From contig CM119264.1 of the NCBI GenBank assembly GCA_051294375.1, positions 1,099,923 to 1,163,922 of the forward strand: a DNA stretch of 64,000 nt, read 5' to 3'. The stretch's first letter is position 1; every line of letters starts with the position of its first letter. Origin of the DNA: Paraspadella gotoi (lineage: Eukaryota; Animalia; Chaetognatha). Below are positions 13,103-27,049 of the stretch, one piece after another. A program made the translations under genes and the position numbers. The notes beneath the pieces were generated by a model. That model made no database searches, had not been told where the DNA came from, and was given only the letters and a program-made list of their open reading frames with translations.

Positions 13103-14155
13103 NNNNNNNNNNNNNNNNNNNNNNNNNNNNNNNNNNNNNNNNNNNNNNNNNNNNNNNNNNNNNNNNNNNNNNNNNNNNNNNNNNNNNNNNNNNNNNNNNN
13201 NNNNNNNNNNNNNNNNNNNNNNNNNNNNNNNNNNNNNNNNNNNNNNNNNNNNNNNNNNNNNNNNNNNNNNNNNNNNNNNNNNNNNNNNNNNNNNNNNNNN
13301 NNNNNNNNNNNNNNNNNNNNNNNNNNNNNNNNNNNNNNNNNNNNNNNNNNNNNNNNNNNNNNNNNNNNNNNNNNNNNNNNNNNNNNNNNNNNNNNNNNNN
13401 NNNNNNNNNNNNNNNNNNNNNNNNNNNNNNNNNNNNNNNNNNNNNNNNNNNNNNNNNNNNNNNNNNNNNNNNNNNNNNNNNNNNNNNNNNNNNNNNNNNN
13501 NNNNNNNNNNNNNNNNNNNNNNNNNNNNNNNNNNNNNNNNNNNNNNNNNNNNNNNNNNNNNNNNNNNNNNNNNNNNNNNNNNNNNNNNNNNNNNNNNNNN
13601 NNNNNNNNNNNNNNNNNNNNNNNNNNNNNNNNNNNNNNNNNNNNNNNNNNNNNNNNNNNNNNNNNNNNNNNNNNNNNNNNNNNNNNNNNNNNNNNNNNNN
13701 NNNNNNNNNNNNNNNNNNNNNNNNNNNNNNNNNNNNNNNNNNNNNNNNNNNNNNNNNNNNNNNNNNNNNNNNNNNNNNNNNNNNNNNNNNNNNNNNNNNN
13801 NNNNNNNNNNNNNNNNNNNNNNNNNNNNNNNNNNNNNNNNNNNNNNNNNNNNNNNNNNNNNNNNNNNNNNNNNNNNNNNNNNNNNNNNNNNNNNNNNNNN
13901 NNNNNNNNNNNNNNNNNNNNNNNNNNNNNNNNNNNNNNNNNNNNTCCAGTCTATTCTTTCCCTTTCTCCTTTTAAAAAGGTGAAAACTTTTACTTATCTG
14001 ATTATGTACTTTTTTGATAATTATCCTTATCTCAGCTCCAACATCTTCCTTCTCCATCATAAACCTTCTCCAGGTTTTACATCTTCCTTCTCCATCATAA
14101 ACTGAAACGAGAGTTTGCTCCTGATCGATTATTGTTACCAGCGTTTTTCGAGGGA

Positions 14156-14190
<35 letters not shown>

Positions 14191-14499
14191 NNNNNNNNNN
14201 NNNNNNNNNNNNNNNNNNNNNNNNNNNNNNNNNNNNNNNNNNNNNNNNNNNNNNNNNNNNNNNNNNNNNNNNNNNNNNNNNNNNNNNNNNNNNNNNNNNN
14301 NNNNNNNNNNNNNNNNNNNNNNNNNNNNNNNNNNNNNNNNNNNNNNNNNNNNNNNNNNNNNNNNNTACTCTATGAAGTCTATTTCACTCTCTCTCTCTCT
14401 CTCTTAATAGGGAAAGTAAAAGCAGCAGCAGGAAAAGTGAGGGCAGGTGAGGGTCAGTTACGTGAAGAGAAGGTGAGGAGAAAATGAAGACAAAACGAG

Positions 14500-14955
14500 G
14501 TAAGATGGACTATGACTGGCAAAGACTGGCAAATACTGGCAATTAGTGGCGAAGACTGGCGAAGACTGACGAAAATTGCTGAAGATTGGCGAATACTGTA
14601 AAAGACTGGCAAATAGTGGAAAAGACTGGCAAATAGTGGCAAAGACTGGCGAAGACTGACAAAAAAATTGGTGAACATTGACGAAGATTGGAAAAGACTG
14701 GTAAATAGTGGCAAAGAATGGTAAAGACTCGCAAAGACTGGCAATTAGTGGCGATGACTAGAAAAGATCGGCAAAGAGCGTCTAAGAATTTTAAAGCGTC
14801 AAGAGTTTTTATATTTTAATCGTGGCAATGCCACATTACCACATTGCCACATTGTCACATTAACACATTAACACATTAACACATTTCCACATTGCCACAT
14901 TGCCACATTACCACATTATCACATTGCCACATTGCCACCTTGCCACATTGCCACG
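14500..14955. repeat. 10-bp (AAGACTGGCA)n and 8-bp (CACATTGC)n minisatellites
   Basis: Direct inspection. Confidence 0.85.
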
Positions 14956-15305
14956 CGGTTCCACCTTTAAAAAAATGTGATTTGAACTAAAATGTCATCA
15001 AATCCGATGCCATTCCAACTGTTTTGTCCTCGAGGCCGTTCCCTCTGATTTTAACGGCGCCGACACGCGTAGCGCAGTTCCACGACTAGCACGACGCGCT
15101 GCGCAAAAAGCCACCGCGTCAAACGCGGAGCAAAAAAAAAAAAAAAAAACCTGAAAGAATTAATTTCGTGGAGACAAAATTCTTTTTTTTTAGTTTTATG
15201 AAACTAATAAAAAAAATTATTAAATATAATTTGCATAATTAAATTCAAAAGTCTTTCCGCTCGTTTGTCTGTTTGTTTGTTTTTGTTTGTTAATTTCAGG
15301 ACGAC

Positions 15306-15350
<45 letters not shown>

Positions 15351-15674
15351 CTCGTATCTTTCAGTCACCCGTTTTTGATTTTGTCCGACTTCGTCCTTCT
15401 TTTCCCGTAAATCCGCGAACCGACAAGATTTAAGCGACACTGATGGAATGGCCTGACCGACAAATTGCCGACAAAAGGTGGCGAAAGACTTTTCAAATCA
15501 ATGGCAATCTGCATCAAGTTAGTGGCAAAATATAATTAAAGTTCATAGTTAATATTTTCCGTTAGTAAATTAATAGAAAATAAAAAAAATAAAAAAAAAC
15601 CTTGAAAATTTTCATATTTGAGTTTTAAAAACTTGACGCATAAAGCGAATTTTATGCGAAATAAAGAGAAAAAA

Positions 15675-16251
15675 AAGATTGGATCTTCCAATGTGTTGCG
15701 CCGCAGTGATTTATTTTCACATGTAATTTCCCTGTGATCATATGACTACATGACATGATATGACATGACTACATGACTTTCTGAGCTAATGAATTTATGA
15801 CACGTACTGCATCGGATTCGGAACTCCATCTTTTATTCTTTATAGTTTTAGGATTTTCTGAAGGCGGCGCGAGCAGTCAAACAGATTTGGGATTTTTCCC
15901 TTCCTAACAAACAAGTATGACGCCGTCCAATAAGGCGCAGTTTGAACTGGCTATAAGGGGACAGTTGTTGTTCACGAAAACTGTCTTTTTTCTCTCTGTT
16001 TTGGGGAATCCCTACCACTATTTTTTACGGGGATTACTGTTTGAAGCCTTCTGCCTTATCCACGGCGGGGAATCCCCGCCACTATTTTTGATGGGGATTG
16101 ACGTTTGAAGCCCTATACCCGCCGTGAATCTTCATCATGGGCAGTCCTTGTTATAAAAATATTTTAACTGAAAACATAAGAAACCTTAACAATCCTAATT
16201 TAAAAATAAATAATTTATTTGCATTTCGATTCATTCCTAAACCCTCTATTT

Positions 16252-16334
<83 letters not shown>

Positions 16335-17345
16335 AATCTATATATCTTTCTCTCTCTCTCTCTTTCAATCTGTATCTCTCTCTTTTTCTCACTCTATTTC
16401 TTTTTTTTTATTTTTATCTCTCAGTCTTTCTATCTCTATCTCTCTCTCTTTCTCACTCTATTTCTTTTTTTTTCTATTTTTATCTCTCTCTCACTTTCTC
16501 TCTTTGTCTCTCTTTCTACCTCTCTTTCTTTTTTTTATTTTCATATATCTTTCTCTCTCTGTCTCTCTTTCTCTCTTTCTATCTCTCTCTTTCTCTCTCT
16601 TTGTATCTCTATCTCTTTCTCACTCTATTTATTTTTTTTTCTATTTTTATCTCCCTCTCACTTTCTTTCTCTCTCTTTGTTACCTCTCTCTCTTTCTTTT
16701 TTTTTCATATCTCTCTCTCTCTCTCTCTCTCTCTTTCTCATGGGTATTAGAGCGTGAAAGTTATATGCAAAAATTCTAAATTTCACTTATGAACAACATA
16801 CTATCAGTGAACATTAATTATTAAAAAAAATATTTTATGTTCTTCAATTTTCGCAGTAGGCCTATATTTATATATAGTACTATCCTTTAAAACCAAAAAA
16901 ATTAAAAGAAAGCAAAGAAAAATTCAAATCTGTGACCCTCATTGTTATCGCCACTTGAGATACCTTGAAGCCCAAAAACAAAGAAGTTTGAGAGGGAGAG
17001 ATAGAGAGAGAGATAGAGAGAAGATAGGAGAGAAGAGAGAGAGAGAGAGTGGGCTATTTCTCGTCCCCGTCATGAATTGGGGCGGGGATTTGCCGGGAAT
17101 GATATCCCCGCGAAGACCGCCGCAGGGCGTAGTTGCGGTGACTTATAGTTAGCTTCCCCGAAACTGCGCGAAGTTTAACAGTTTCAACTGCGAGGATATG
17201 GCCCGCGTAATATCTCCTAACAAATGAGCAACTAACTATAAGCGATTAGGACAAACCAACGGAGAGATATACCGACAGACCGACCGACCGACTGAAAGGT
17301 GACTTTCAGAGTCGCTCCGCGTGTACTCGCGTCGCATCTAAAAAC
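15675..17345 (-). mobile_element. HINE-like family 1 copy split by a nested ~1.3-kb element (15912-17215)
   Basis: The core runs 15675-15911 and resumes at 17216-17345 exactly at the consensus CCCTTC(C/T)TAACAAATGAGCAACT. Confidence 0.7.
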
Positions 17346-18467
17346 AGTGACAGTTTTTTTTTCTAAATTCAGAAATACTTTTGTACATTTGACTAATAAA
17401 GTCTAAATAATGAATACTTGTTGAAGAAATGACACCTTAAACTTGTAAGAAGGATAGATAAATTTAAAAAAAAAATAAATAAATAAAAAAAACATTAAAT
17501 TGGACATCTGATGTTGGAATTCAGCTGGCACCATAAAAATCACCGCTGCCGTCTGCGCTGATTCCGCTGCTTCTGCAGTCCCCGTCGCAGCATTCTCCGC
17601 TGCAGCAAACTCCGCAGCAGCATTCTCCCTATGTATATTTTTAAATGCTTTTAAATATTCTTGTTGTATGTGTTTTTCGTTTCTTGAACTAATCATACAA
17701 ATATAAAAAATATATAAAAAAAGGGGGAAAATGGAAGTTTTAAAAAAATGATTAAAATGCAAATTATTTTAAGTTTGAAAAACGAAAAACGAAACGACGC
17801 GAAATTTGGCGACGAAAGAGAAAAGAAACTGAAAATTCTGGCAACAACAAAATGCGATGGCAACTGTGGCAAGTGTGGCGATAACGGTGGTAGCGGTGAT
17901 GGCAAGTGTGGCGATTCGTCTGCGGGTATGTCATTCGTATGCGGGTATGGCTTTTTGCATGCGATTATGGCATTTGTATGCGAGTATGGCATAGAGAGAA
18001 AAAAGATAGAGAGAAAAAGAAATACTAGAGACAGACTTCCAATAAGACAAAGACGCTGTAGAAGACCGTAACGATTTCGACGAGGATAATTTGTTACAAT
18101 ATTGTGACATGAATCTCGCTGGTGATCTTGATAATATAAATAAAATTAGTGAAACAATTTTATTTATCACCTTCAAAGTGAAGGAAATACACTTAAAAAT
18201 GAGCATCATAACATAAAATGCTTCTATGATATTAAATTTCGTTCTCTCTGGAGGATGCTGTAACGTTATTTATATCAGTTATATATACATTATATTAAAT
18301 TGGTACAACCAATATAAAGATTATCCATTCATTTAATAAATAAGATGTTTTAAGGCCTGTTTTGTTCCGCCTTAATGACCACACTCAAATGTCCAAACTA
18401 TCACAACAGCCCACAAAACAAAACTGTTGTCGACGGAAGAAAAAAATTTTTTTGGGAAAAAGTCACC

Positions 18468-18502
<35 letters not shown>

Positions 18503-18734
18503 CGACTGACAATTTATTGAGGCGAAAGAAAAGAAGAGAAAGGAGCGCGTGTCAAAACTGGGAGAGAATTTCAGGTGGAAAAAGAAGAACGATTGTGAAA
18601 CGAAAAAAAGAAAAAAAAAGAAAAAAAAGAAAGAAAAAGAAAAAAAAAGAAAAAAAAAGAAAAAAAAGAAAAAAAGAAAGAAAAAAAAAAGAAAAAAAAA
18701 GAAAAAAAGAAAGAAAAAAAAGAAAAAAGAAAAA

Positions 18735-19880
18735 AACAAGATCGGTCCATCCAATGTGTTGCGCCGTAGTGACTTTCTTTTCACATACAATTCCTTGTAA
18801 TCACATGACGACATGACTAAGAAATTTATTTATAACAAACGTCTTATGTTTGATCTCTACTGTGCAACTAGACATTACATGAATTATGCCGCATTTACTT
18901 TGTGATCACGTGATTGTAGTTTTGCGTGGTCATGTGATTACACAAGAATGAAATCCATGCCCAAAAAGCATATATTAAAGACTTACTAAATATTAAATAT
19001 TAAATATTAAATATTAACAAAAAAAACTTTTTTGCCATGTATTTACATATTACATATTTACATACATATGACACGCACTGTATCGAAATTTATTCTTTAT
19101 AGTTTTAGGATTTCCTAAAGGCGGCGCTAGTAGTCACTTAGATTTGAGAATTTTTCCCTTCTTAACAAATGAGCAACTATTGCTGATAGGGGTAGCCCCT
19201 GTCAATGGTGTGAGTCAAAATATTAGAATGATTACATCCTTGAACAAAAATTTATACATTTTGAAGTATACTTTCAATGGATAAAACATTTCTTATATGG
19301 CTCTATACCCAAATAATTATTTTTTTAATATTTATTTATAGATAGGAAAGGCCAAATTTTTTTGTATAATTTTTAAATTTTAAGACCAGATTCAGATAGC
19401 TCATAAAAAGTTGTCTAAACAAAGTATAATTCTTTTTTAAATATTTTCATGGTAAGTGAGTCAAAAATAAGAAAAACCATAAAAAATTATCATCATCATC
19501 ATATTTCGATGATTTTATCAGTTTTTTATTTTCACTGAGAAAACGTAAGAATTTTTAAAAGTTGTAATCATATTTCGAACAGAATCCATCAAAAAATTTT
19601 AAGATTAAAAAAAAATTATAATGTGAAAAAAGACAAGTAAAATTTAATGTCTTAATCAAGATGTATAATGTAATTTTTTTTTTGAAAATGATTGCTTAAA
19701 TATTTAATCAAGAGTCAACTTTGCTAATAGTCGAAATTTTATATTATCTCTAGAGTTGGGTCCAACTACCGCTGAGTTATGAGCATTTTTAATATGTGGG
19801 ACAGACCGATAGACATGCCGACAGACCGACCGACGGACAGACATGCCGACAGACCGACCGACGGACAGAAAAGTGACTCA
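18735..19880 (-). mobile_element. HINE-like family 1 copy with an internal ~600-bp AT-rich insertion
   Basis: AACAAGATCGGTCCATCCAATGTGTTGCGCCG start; core to ~19180; resumes at ~19770 with GAGTTATGAGCATTTTT and GACAGACC repeats. Confidence 0.65.
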
Positions 19881-20005
19881 AAGTGAAAATGTTTTTAAAA
19901 GCAAAAAACAAAAATCATGCTTCACTATAAATGTTTTTTCAACAAGAAGCTCTAGCCTGCTGGTCGTCTGAAGCTCAGGGACTGCTTATATAGAACGGTT
20001 CTGTC

Positions 20006-22523
20006 CAGAGATGTGGAAGCGATCGATTTTTCCGCCGCTGCCAATCCGGCGCTTCCAAGACCCTCCCGCTCCCCGTTTTCGGTGGCAATCCTTACTTTTT
20101 TAGACCGGATCGCTTTCGGTTTCGAGTGCACATCGCTTCCTTCCTTTAGAAATTTTACATTTGTTATTATTCATAAAAATGCTCTCTTTAGACATGTAAT
20201 TCATTGGTAGAATAATTTTAAACAATCTTTTTTGTTAACAAATAACAAGTGAAATTTTTACTATGAAAAATTGTAAGATTTGTAAGATTTAGAATCGTTC
20301 GAGTGGAAATGAGTTTAAATAAAAAAAAAAAAAAAAACCTTTTTCCCTATTTGTTTTTTTTTATTGAATATAAATACAAGCTGCATTAATTATTCAATTA
20401 ATCAATTAATTAATCAATTAATCAATTAACTAAACAACTAATCAATAAAATCACTTAAAAATTAATGAATCAATTTTTTTATCAATCAATCAATAAAATA
20501 ATAAATTTATTTTCAATCAACTAATTAATAAATTTATTTATCAATACATTATTAAAAGAACCAATTAATTAATTAATCAATCAATTAAACAATGTCAGTG
20601 TTATTATTGTCATCTCCAACGTCGTTGTTGCTTTTACCTGACAAAAAGACCTAAAAATTAACAGGCCTGATATGAATTTATTTTATTTGATCAACCAATC
20701 ATTCAATTAATCATGATGGTGCTATCCTCGTTGTCATCATAATCATCATCAGGGTAGTCTTTTTTTTTGTCATAATGAAAAGACAAAAAAACAAACAAGT
20801 TTGAGCTAACAATGCCAGAACTAATCAGTTATTAATTATTCAATCAATGAATAAAATATTCAATCAATCAATCAAAAAATTAAGCAATCAATCAATTTGT
20901 CATCGTCGGTATTATCATTGTCGTGGTTGCCATCATTAATTATTTAATTAATTAAACTCCTTTATCTTTGTTGTACATTGCAAAAATATATCTTTATTAT
21001 TTATTTATCCCTGTTTTTTGTTTCTCTCTCTCTTCTCTTTAACAAGTTTCACTTCTTTTCACAACTCACTCAATCTGCCCTTACCTTCAACCTGTCCTCA
21101 TATCTGACCACTATTCTGTCTCACCACTTTGTTGGAAAAATTTTTACCTCTCTCTCTCTTTCTCTCTCTCTCTCTCACACTCTTCTTTTACACAAAATTT
21201 ATTATTGAATGTCATATGCTGATGAAGGCTTGAAGTAAACAAGCCGAAACATGTCCAACTATTAATTAAAAATCGTTGTTACAAATTCAAAATTCTTTGC
21301 TTTCTCTAAATTAATTAATTGAAATATTTTTATAATGTTTGCGGTGACTGCAAAACTAAAATTTATAGAAAAATTTGAGGCGTGTTTTTTGTGATAAAGA
21401 AAACTGGTATTATCAAAACAGTAAAAAAGTAAAAATGATAAAAATAATAACAACAACAACTAGTATTTACATTGGCTGAGAAAAAGGTCAGCCATAACAA
21501 GATTGGGTAAAACAGGTCATTCTTATTGACCACTACTGTACTACGGCTCACAAAGTACAAAGACTTCGTCATCGTTTTCGTCATTGTATTCATCGTCGTT
21601 GTCGTCTTTGTTCAAATCATTTGAGCTCAAATGTTCGATGTTATTATTTTAATTAATTAATATGTAATTTATAAAATTTTTTTTTAATTAATTAATCAAT
21701 TAATTACCGCTAATGATCGTGGGCAGATCCGGCATTGTTTGCTCAAACTTGTTTTATTAATAATTTTGATTTATTTATTTTATATATTTTTTTTATTTGC
21801 TTTTTTGTTCAGTGCAAGAGGGGTAAAAAGAAAGAAGATAGAGAGAGAGAGTGTGTTAGAGATTTAAGTATGTATAAGCATAATATTATGCAATATTGCC
21901 AAATAAAACAGATCAATCCTTTTGGTTTAAACTTGTTTATAACATGAAAATTGTATGGATTTAAAAAAAACTTAAATTTAAAAAAAAATAATAAAAATAT
22001 AAAATTAAAATTTTAGTTTTATAGAATTAAAAAAGTTTAATTTAAATTTTAATTTAACTTAATTACAGTTTTTTTTTCCGATAGAAAAAATCTTTTTTAA
22101 GCTCAGATTTTATTTGAATATATTAAAAAGAATAATTAGAAAAATAAATATGTATTTTTTTTATAGATTCTCGACCAAAGAGGAAAAGAGAATAAAAGAA
22201 AACAAAAATAAAAGAAGAGAATAAGAAAAAGTGAATAAAAAATTAGGAGCAAACAATTTTAAATGTTGAAAATAAATATTAAAAACAATTTTTAAAAGAA
22301 AAATCAAGAAAGAGCAGGGGGTTGCAAAGATTTTAATACATTAAATACCTTTCATTTCTAACCATAAAAACAAATGACCAGGAAGCGAACAGCAGGGTTA
22401 TTATAGCTTCCGGGTTCAATCCTTTATTCTCAATTTTTCTATCGCTCCCGGTTTCGGGTTCTTCAAAAATCGGCCGCTTCCACAGTGTTCGCTTACGCTT
22501 TCCGGATCGCGTCCACATCTCTG
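20006..22523. mobile_element. Non-autonomous hAT-type DNA transposon
   Basis: TIRs CAGAGATGTGGAAGCGATC and (rc) CAGAGATGTGGACGCGATC; perfect 8-bp TSD GTTCTGTC at 19998-20005 and 22524-22531; GC-rich subterminal regions; no transposase ORF. Confidence 0.88.
21216..21258 (+). ncRNA. Minimal type-I hammerhead ribozyme, second copy
   Basis: CTGATGA-A-GGCTTG(aagtaaa)CAAGCC-GAAA-CATG-TC; followed by the same AAAAATCGTTGT tail as the 8150 copy; stem I is weak. Confidence 0.8.
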
Positions 22524-23597
22524 GTTCTGTCAGTAACTCATAACAATAATTACTGCCTCTTCATAGCAATTAATGTTGCAAAAACTAAAATAAATATAGA
22601 TAGTAAATTGTATTAAATGAAAAAAAGATTATAAGATTAAACTATAGGCTTACAGCTTAATGATCGTGGGAGATCCGGAATTGTTTTCTCAAACTTGTTA
22701 ACTCGGGAATCATTTTACAATTTTACAATTTAAATTGTTAATTAAAGCTTTCATATCGCCAGGTCAACAGCCCGATTAAGGGCCATGGTCGACTGAATAG
22801 CTTTCAGCAAATGTTCTCGCAAATGCAGATTTCAAAAAAGACTCGAAAGCTTCGCAATAAACATTTCCATTAAGAGCAACAAAAAAAAGCCTAAAAAAAT
22901 TCGCTGATTCTAAAATGACGCATGGGTTTCGCATCACGAACGGATTTTGAGTTTTAAAAATCTGAGAGACTCGCTCGCCAGGAGAAATGAAATATATATG
23001 TTAAGAAGGCCATCCGATTAATATGTTTAGACATTTTGGGAATCGGTCGAACGCTTAGACAAAGGGGTTTCCAAAAATGTTATAATTTGTAAGTGATATC
23101 CGTAGTAAGCTTTAAGTGATAAAGACCAAAATTTATTCCCAAAATATACATTGACCTGCAAATAAAGTCACACATGGACTCACATCGTCACATACAAACT
23201 TTTCAAAAATAGACCCCAACAAACAAAGATACGACTTTTACGATTTTTTTTAGTCTCGGATAATTCGACTGAGATATCGGTTATAATGTAGGGAAGTAAG
23301 TTCCGTTCGTACTTTTGAGTGAGTTCCACTACCAATTCTCACATTTTCGTTTTTTTAGTCGAAATTTAACTGCAAGTAAGTTTTTAGTTTTTAGTTTTAT
23401 AGTTTTAGTGTTTTTTCTATTGAGATAGTCGTATTACGTATGATCCGAGAATTTTTCACAATGAATTTTGATTCTTGGTGATTTTTTTCATTTCGCAATA
23501 GTTTTTGTTGTGTTCTTTTTTAAACATTTTTGTTGACAAGTTAAAAAAATGTACATTGCGAGAGAAAGATATTGTACCAGGAGAGAGAGAGAGAGAG

Positions 23598-23721
<124 letters not shown>

Positions 23722-24664
23722 TTAATGAAAGAAAAGCAGAAAAGAAAAAAAAAGGATGGAGTTTCGCGAAATTGCCTTCACATCTCACAATACCCCCCCC
23801 CTCTCACGCTCTCTCTCTCTTTCACCGCCGCCCGTGAAGACGAGAGAGAAGAGGAGATGTTGAAGAAGCGTGAAAAGGCGCGAGGAGGAGGAGGAGGAGG
23901 AGGAGGAGGAGGATAAGGAGGAGGAGGAGCGAGAACGGGACTGGAAAAATGGAAGAACGTCAATGGACGAAAAAGAAAGAAAAAAATCGTGAAGAAAGTT
24001 TAAAAAAAAGAGTAAAAAACAAGAAGGGTAATTTCACTGTGTTGAACCGATGTGTGACTCTCTCTTTTCACGTATATTTCCATGAGAGATTAACATGCGC
24101 TGCATCAAAATTATGTTTTTTTATTCTCAGTCTGATTGCTTTAAAATACAAGCAGTCGCTTAGTTTCGAGGTTCTTTCCGTGTGAAACAAAAATAACAAA
24201 GAATATAGCATTTGATGATGGCTCGCTTATAACTAAATATTAGGATTAAAGAAGGGTAAAGGTTCCCAACTGATGACCTTTCTATTTTACTTAAAAAACG
24301 ATAGAGAAATATATATTAAAACATTTAAAAAAATAAAAAATCATAACAAAACTCAAAAAATAGTTTAACATATACTTTAAAATTATATTCGAAATATAAA
24401 TGTGCCCTTATAAAACTTTCCCCAATATGTATCCCTATCAGAACATACAATTCTACTATCCTTATGGTAAAATTAATAATACAATCATGAAACAAGTCAT
24501 TTTTTAACTTTTATAAGAGCAATATAATTTATTGCTATCGCTTATCAAAGTTATTGCATGATAATAAGAATATGATACATATGCACATTGAATTTCTTTT
24601 AGTTCCACTATTATATCAAATGCAAACTAAATCAATGAATTAATTATCTAATTAATTAATTAAC

Positions 24665-24778
24665 CGAGTTATGAGCATTTTTAATGTAAGATAAACTGAA
24701 GGACAGACATACCGACTGACCGACCGAAAAGTGACTTATTCAGTTGCTCCTCGAGAAATCGCGGCGCGACTAAAAAAA
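24665..24778 (-). mobile_element. HINE-like family 1 terminal fragment
   Basis: GAGTTATGAGCATTTTTAATG, ACCGACTGACCGACCG, GCGGCGCGACTAAAA. Confidence 0.6.
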
Positions 24779-25764
24779 AGAAACTAGTGGCTGCGCCAAT
24801 ACATGTAAAACACTTTCAAGGGCTTAAACTGAACTGTTACTTTGGCATGAATAATATTTTAGTACTTGTAAAAATATTTTATCAATCAAAATAATATTAT
24901 TTTTGTTTCAATATATGATTAAAATACTTTGATCAAGACATTGAATAAGAAATAGAATAAAATAAGATAGAATTAAAAATTATAAAAAAATAATTTTTAA
25001 AATATTTAAGATAATACCAATTTAAAAAAACAATTGTTAATTTGTTTAAGAGTAGATGTAAGTAAAGATCTATTAGGTACAGATAAAGTTTTTTTTTATA
25101 GAGCTTTCTAGTAGAATAGGGTGAAATAAAATAACAAATAAAAAAAAATTTGTGGGACTGCCATTTTGTTTCAGAAAAAAAAGATTAAAACCTCTTAAAC
25201 TAAATTTTATTATTATTTTGTTTTTAAAAATGTTCTTTTGTTTCTTTTGTTTTGTTTTGTTTTCTTTTCTTTTCTTTTGTTCTTTTGTTTATACAGCCAT
25301 CTGGTTTATTATGACTAAAACATGTAAAAATTGGCTATTTCCAAGTGAAGATCGAGTGGGTGCAGACAGAAGTAAAAATTTCTACAGAATTAAAAAGTAA
25401 AAGGAAAATGCTCATAGTAGAGAAAGTAAAAAAAATCCTCTTAGTAAAAAGAAAAAGTTAAATAGTCAGAAAATAAATGTACATTTTCAGGGGGTAAGTA
25501 AATCACTAAAGTTATTTACATAAAAAAATGGAACAGAGAAAAAAAAATATTTGCAGTTGTTTCGTCGTTGATGGTGTCGTTGTCAATGGCAACGGCGGAT
25601 GTTGCTGTTGCTGTTGCTGTTGTTGTTGTTATGATGATGTTCTCGTTGCTGTTCTGGCTGTTGCCAACATTTCAGAGTCGTATCTATTTTTTTATTATTA
25701 TTATTTCAGGGACTGTTTTTACTGTCAATGACTCAATGTGTTCTGCTTTGATCTGAATGGAAGT

Positions 25765-25808
<44 letters not shown>

Positions 25809-26010
25809 CTCTCTCCTCTCCTCTCTCTCTCTCTCTCTCTCTCTCACGCTCTTTCTTCATTTCCCATATTTTCCTTTCAAGTTACGCGCAAAGGACATTT
25901 TTCCTCATTTTCTTATTTTCTATCTTTTTTTCCTATTTTTTTATTTTAGGCCAGTGATAGGAACGGCTCGAAGCGCTCCAATGATAAATATGGAGGGAAG
26001 AAATTGAAAG

Positions 26011-26064
<54 letters not shown>

Positions 26065-26756
26065 CACATCTTGATGTGACATTAAAACATCTCCCCCTTT
26101 TTTTTTGACGAGTAAAAAGGTCACGACGACGAAGAAAAAAATCGTGTAATGACGATTCACATATAATATATTATATAATATATATGTATATAATATATAA
26201 TACAATATATTTTCATCTGTTGAAATTGTAATTTGTAATTGTAATCTAACATCAAGGATACATATAGGTTAGGATAACTTTGATTTAAAGGTTATAAATT
26301 AATTAATAATAAATCGATATTAAATTAATATTTATTACTAAATATTAGTTAAAAATATATTAAAAACAATATCAAATAAATAATAAATAAGATTATAATT
26401 AATAATAAATCTATATTAAATTTCGTTCAGTAACCGAATCCTGTTAGATATTAAAATCTTTTTTAAAAATACGACATAAAACTTTTGACATTTAATTTTC
26501 ATCACTATAAAAAAGAGGCTATAAAAAATAATTTATAATATAAAATTGATAAAATTAAATAATTTTTTTGCTTACTGTAAATTGTGTTAACACGCCAGTA
26601 TATATTTTTTTCCCTGATTGTATTCCATCGGTTTCACCCCATCTGGTTTTCGTTTTCTTTTTCCACGAATATAAAAACAGCGACATCAAGAAGCGTGAAT
26701 TTGCGTGAAGGCTTTCGGGTGACTCGATTCGAATTAATATTCCGCTCACGAAAGAA

Positions 26757-26858
<102 letters not shown>

Positions 26859-27049
26859 TTTTCCCTCCTTTTTTTAGTTGGGTTCCAGGGGGCGGAGGGT
26901 CCTCGGATGTTTAATGGTAAAGAGGGATTGTCTCGTTGTCTGAATGCCAGGCGATTGTCAGGCGACTCTCATGCGTCAGTCAGGCCAGTAATAAAAAAAA
27001 AGAAATTTTAAAGAGAAATCACTCATTCTCACTCAACAGGACAAAAGAG

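Noticed and set aside
17848-17990. KCDGNCGKCGD...KCGD peptide as a metallothionein
   Set aside because: It arises from a degenerate GTGGC repeat, has too few Cys, and shows no splice or start support.
24270-24300. CTGATGA (and CTGACGA at ~59079) as additional hammerheads
   Set aside because: There is no stem II followed by GAAA and no cleavage triplet at the proper spacing.
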